This document shows, in pieces, positions 6,722 to 7,522 of a stretch of 7,522 nucleotides of DNA. The notes below the pieces were generated by a model, which worked only from the letters and a program-made list of their open reading frames with translations, searched no databases and was not told the origin of the DNA. Numbering within the stretch: the first letter of the stretch is position 1; each line of letters starts with the position of its first letter. Both the position numbers and the translations under genes were made by a program. The DNA lies in contig JAEOSI010000108.1 in NCBI GenBank assembly GCA_016840425.1, positions 1-7,522 of the forward strand. The letters are read 5' to 3'. Source of the stretch: Candidatus Wukongarchaeum yapensis. Its GTDB lineage: Archaea; Asgardarchaeota; Wukongarchaeia; Wukongarchaeales; Wukongarchaeaceae.

Positions 6722-7166
6722 ATGAGGCAGTTTGCGCGGTTGGAGGATGGACCCAAAACATTTGGAATTTACTTGTATAGAGTTAAGAGCAACAAGAGCT
6801 TCTCAATGTCTTAAAAAAAGCTGCATGCCAGTTTGGAAGGATATGTTGCACCCAGGATAAGAAAGGAGCTCGGACTTCTTAAGAGTATAGATGATGATGA
6901 TGTGCTTTCGTATGCTGTTATTCATAAGATATTTGAGATAAAATCAAAGATTATGAAAAAGACCGATAATGAGACTATTTTTCAGATCAAAGATTGCCCA
7001 CGGGCGGAATTCCTCGATCCGAAAGACTGTGATATATTTTCAGAGGTTAAAGGGGATACTGTTGAAGACATAGATCCAGATTAAGAGCACTCTGACTCCA
7101 CAAAAATGCTTACAAAGGAGGAGCCCTAAGCCCTACTGCGAGTTCAGAATCAAAAGAAAAGTCTAA
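6722..7166 (+). pseudogene. Frameshifted gene remnant for a small Cys-patterned V4R-like / ATC-hydrolase-like ligand-binding domain
   Basis: Protein-like fragments in successive frames: EQQELLNVLKKAACQFGR (6787-6840), YVAPRIRKELGL...IKDCPRAEFLDPKDCDIF...DIDPD* (6842-7084), and IKSTLTPQKCLQRRSPKPYCEFRIKRKV* (7080-7166). A possible N-terminal piece MRQF...KTFGIYLYR starts at 6722. The 5' boundary and the family call are uncertain. Confidence 0.6.
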
Positions 7167-7286
7167 CGGCCGAACTTTTCAAAATATTAAGGAATGAAAA
7201 GGTAGATTTGCAAGTCTAAATTTCCGCCCCCTAAAAGTTTTTCACGGGAAAGAGAAAGTAAAACAAACAACTAAAGCCACCAAAGG

Positions 7287-7300
7287 TTCTTTATAAAGAA
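7287..7300 (+). promoter_or_regulatory. Perfect 14-bp palindrome containing TTTATAAA upstream of the flavin reductase-like gene
   Basis: TTCTTTATAAAGAA is its own reverse complement, is preceded by purine-rich CAAAGG (BRE-like position), and ends 75 nt before the ATG. Confidence 0.4.
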
Positions 7301-7374
7301 TCTCAGAAATACTTAAAGAGTAAAAAAAAGGGAACTTTGTAAACATTTAATGAGTTTTTAGGAGGCAAAGTTTT

Positions 7375-7522
7375 ATGGTAAAAGTTGAGTTGGATCCTCG
7401 TTCGCATTTTTGTACTTATCCTTCTAAGGTTACGCTTGTGACTTGTTTGGATGAAGAGGGTAAAAGCAACATTATCACGTTGTCTTGGGCGACTTTTCTC
7501 TCCTTTGATCCGCCTTATTTTG
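7375..7522 (+). CDS. Flavin reductase-like FMN-binding protein (DIM6/NTAB family), 5' partial
   Basis: ATG at 7375 with AGGAGG (7360-7365) 9 nt upstream. MVKVELDPRSHFCTYPSKVTLVTCLDEEGKSNIITLSWATFLSFDPPYF matches the family N-terminus YPxxVxLVT...G..N..T.sW....S..PP. Truncated by the window end. Confidence 0.85.
   Translation, partial: MVKVELDPRSHFCTYPSKVTLVTCLDEEGKSNIITLSWATFLSFDPPYF

Noticed and set aside
6573-6761. Minus-strand 62-aa ORF
   Set aside because: Its F/I/Y-rich translation derives from AT-rich intergenic DNA, and it has no SD or motif.
1-7522. CRISPR array, tRNA, rRNA, transposase
   Set aside because: There are no regularly spaced repeats, no cloverleaf or T-loop motif, and every intergenic gap is short and AT-rich. 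This was judged by eye only; tRNAscan-SE and Infernal were not run.

Overview
AT-rich prokaryotic window, most likely archaeal. The basis is a Cdc48/VAT-type double AAA ATPase with aromatic pore loops and a Tyr-X tail, GGTGA/GAGGTG-type Shine-Dalgarno sites, TATA-like boxes and oligo-T tracts after genes. The minus strand carries, in transcription order: endonuclease IV, Cdc48, a small winged-helix-like protein, a 4-Cys thioredoxin-fold protein, and the E1 alpha and E1 beta subunits of a pyruvate/2-oxoacid dehydrogenase (beta runs to the window edge). The plus strand carries a multiply frameshifted gene for a small Cys-patterned V4R-like domain and the start of a flavin-reductase-like gene. 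I found no rRNA, tRNA, CRISPR array or transposase. The strongest unexplained signal is a 101-nt block around Walker A that is 93/101 identical between the D1 and D2 modules of cdc48, including position-matched synonymous codons, which suggests intragenic gene conversion. Secondary signals are a remodelled D2 second region of homology, the decayed V4R-like gene, candidate palindromic operators, and a thioredoxin gene next to the dehydrogenase operon. No clearly new multi-gene system can be established from this window alone.
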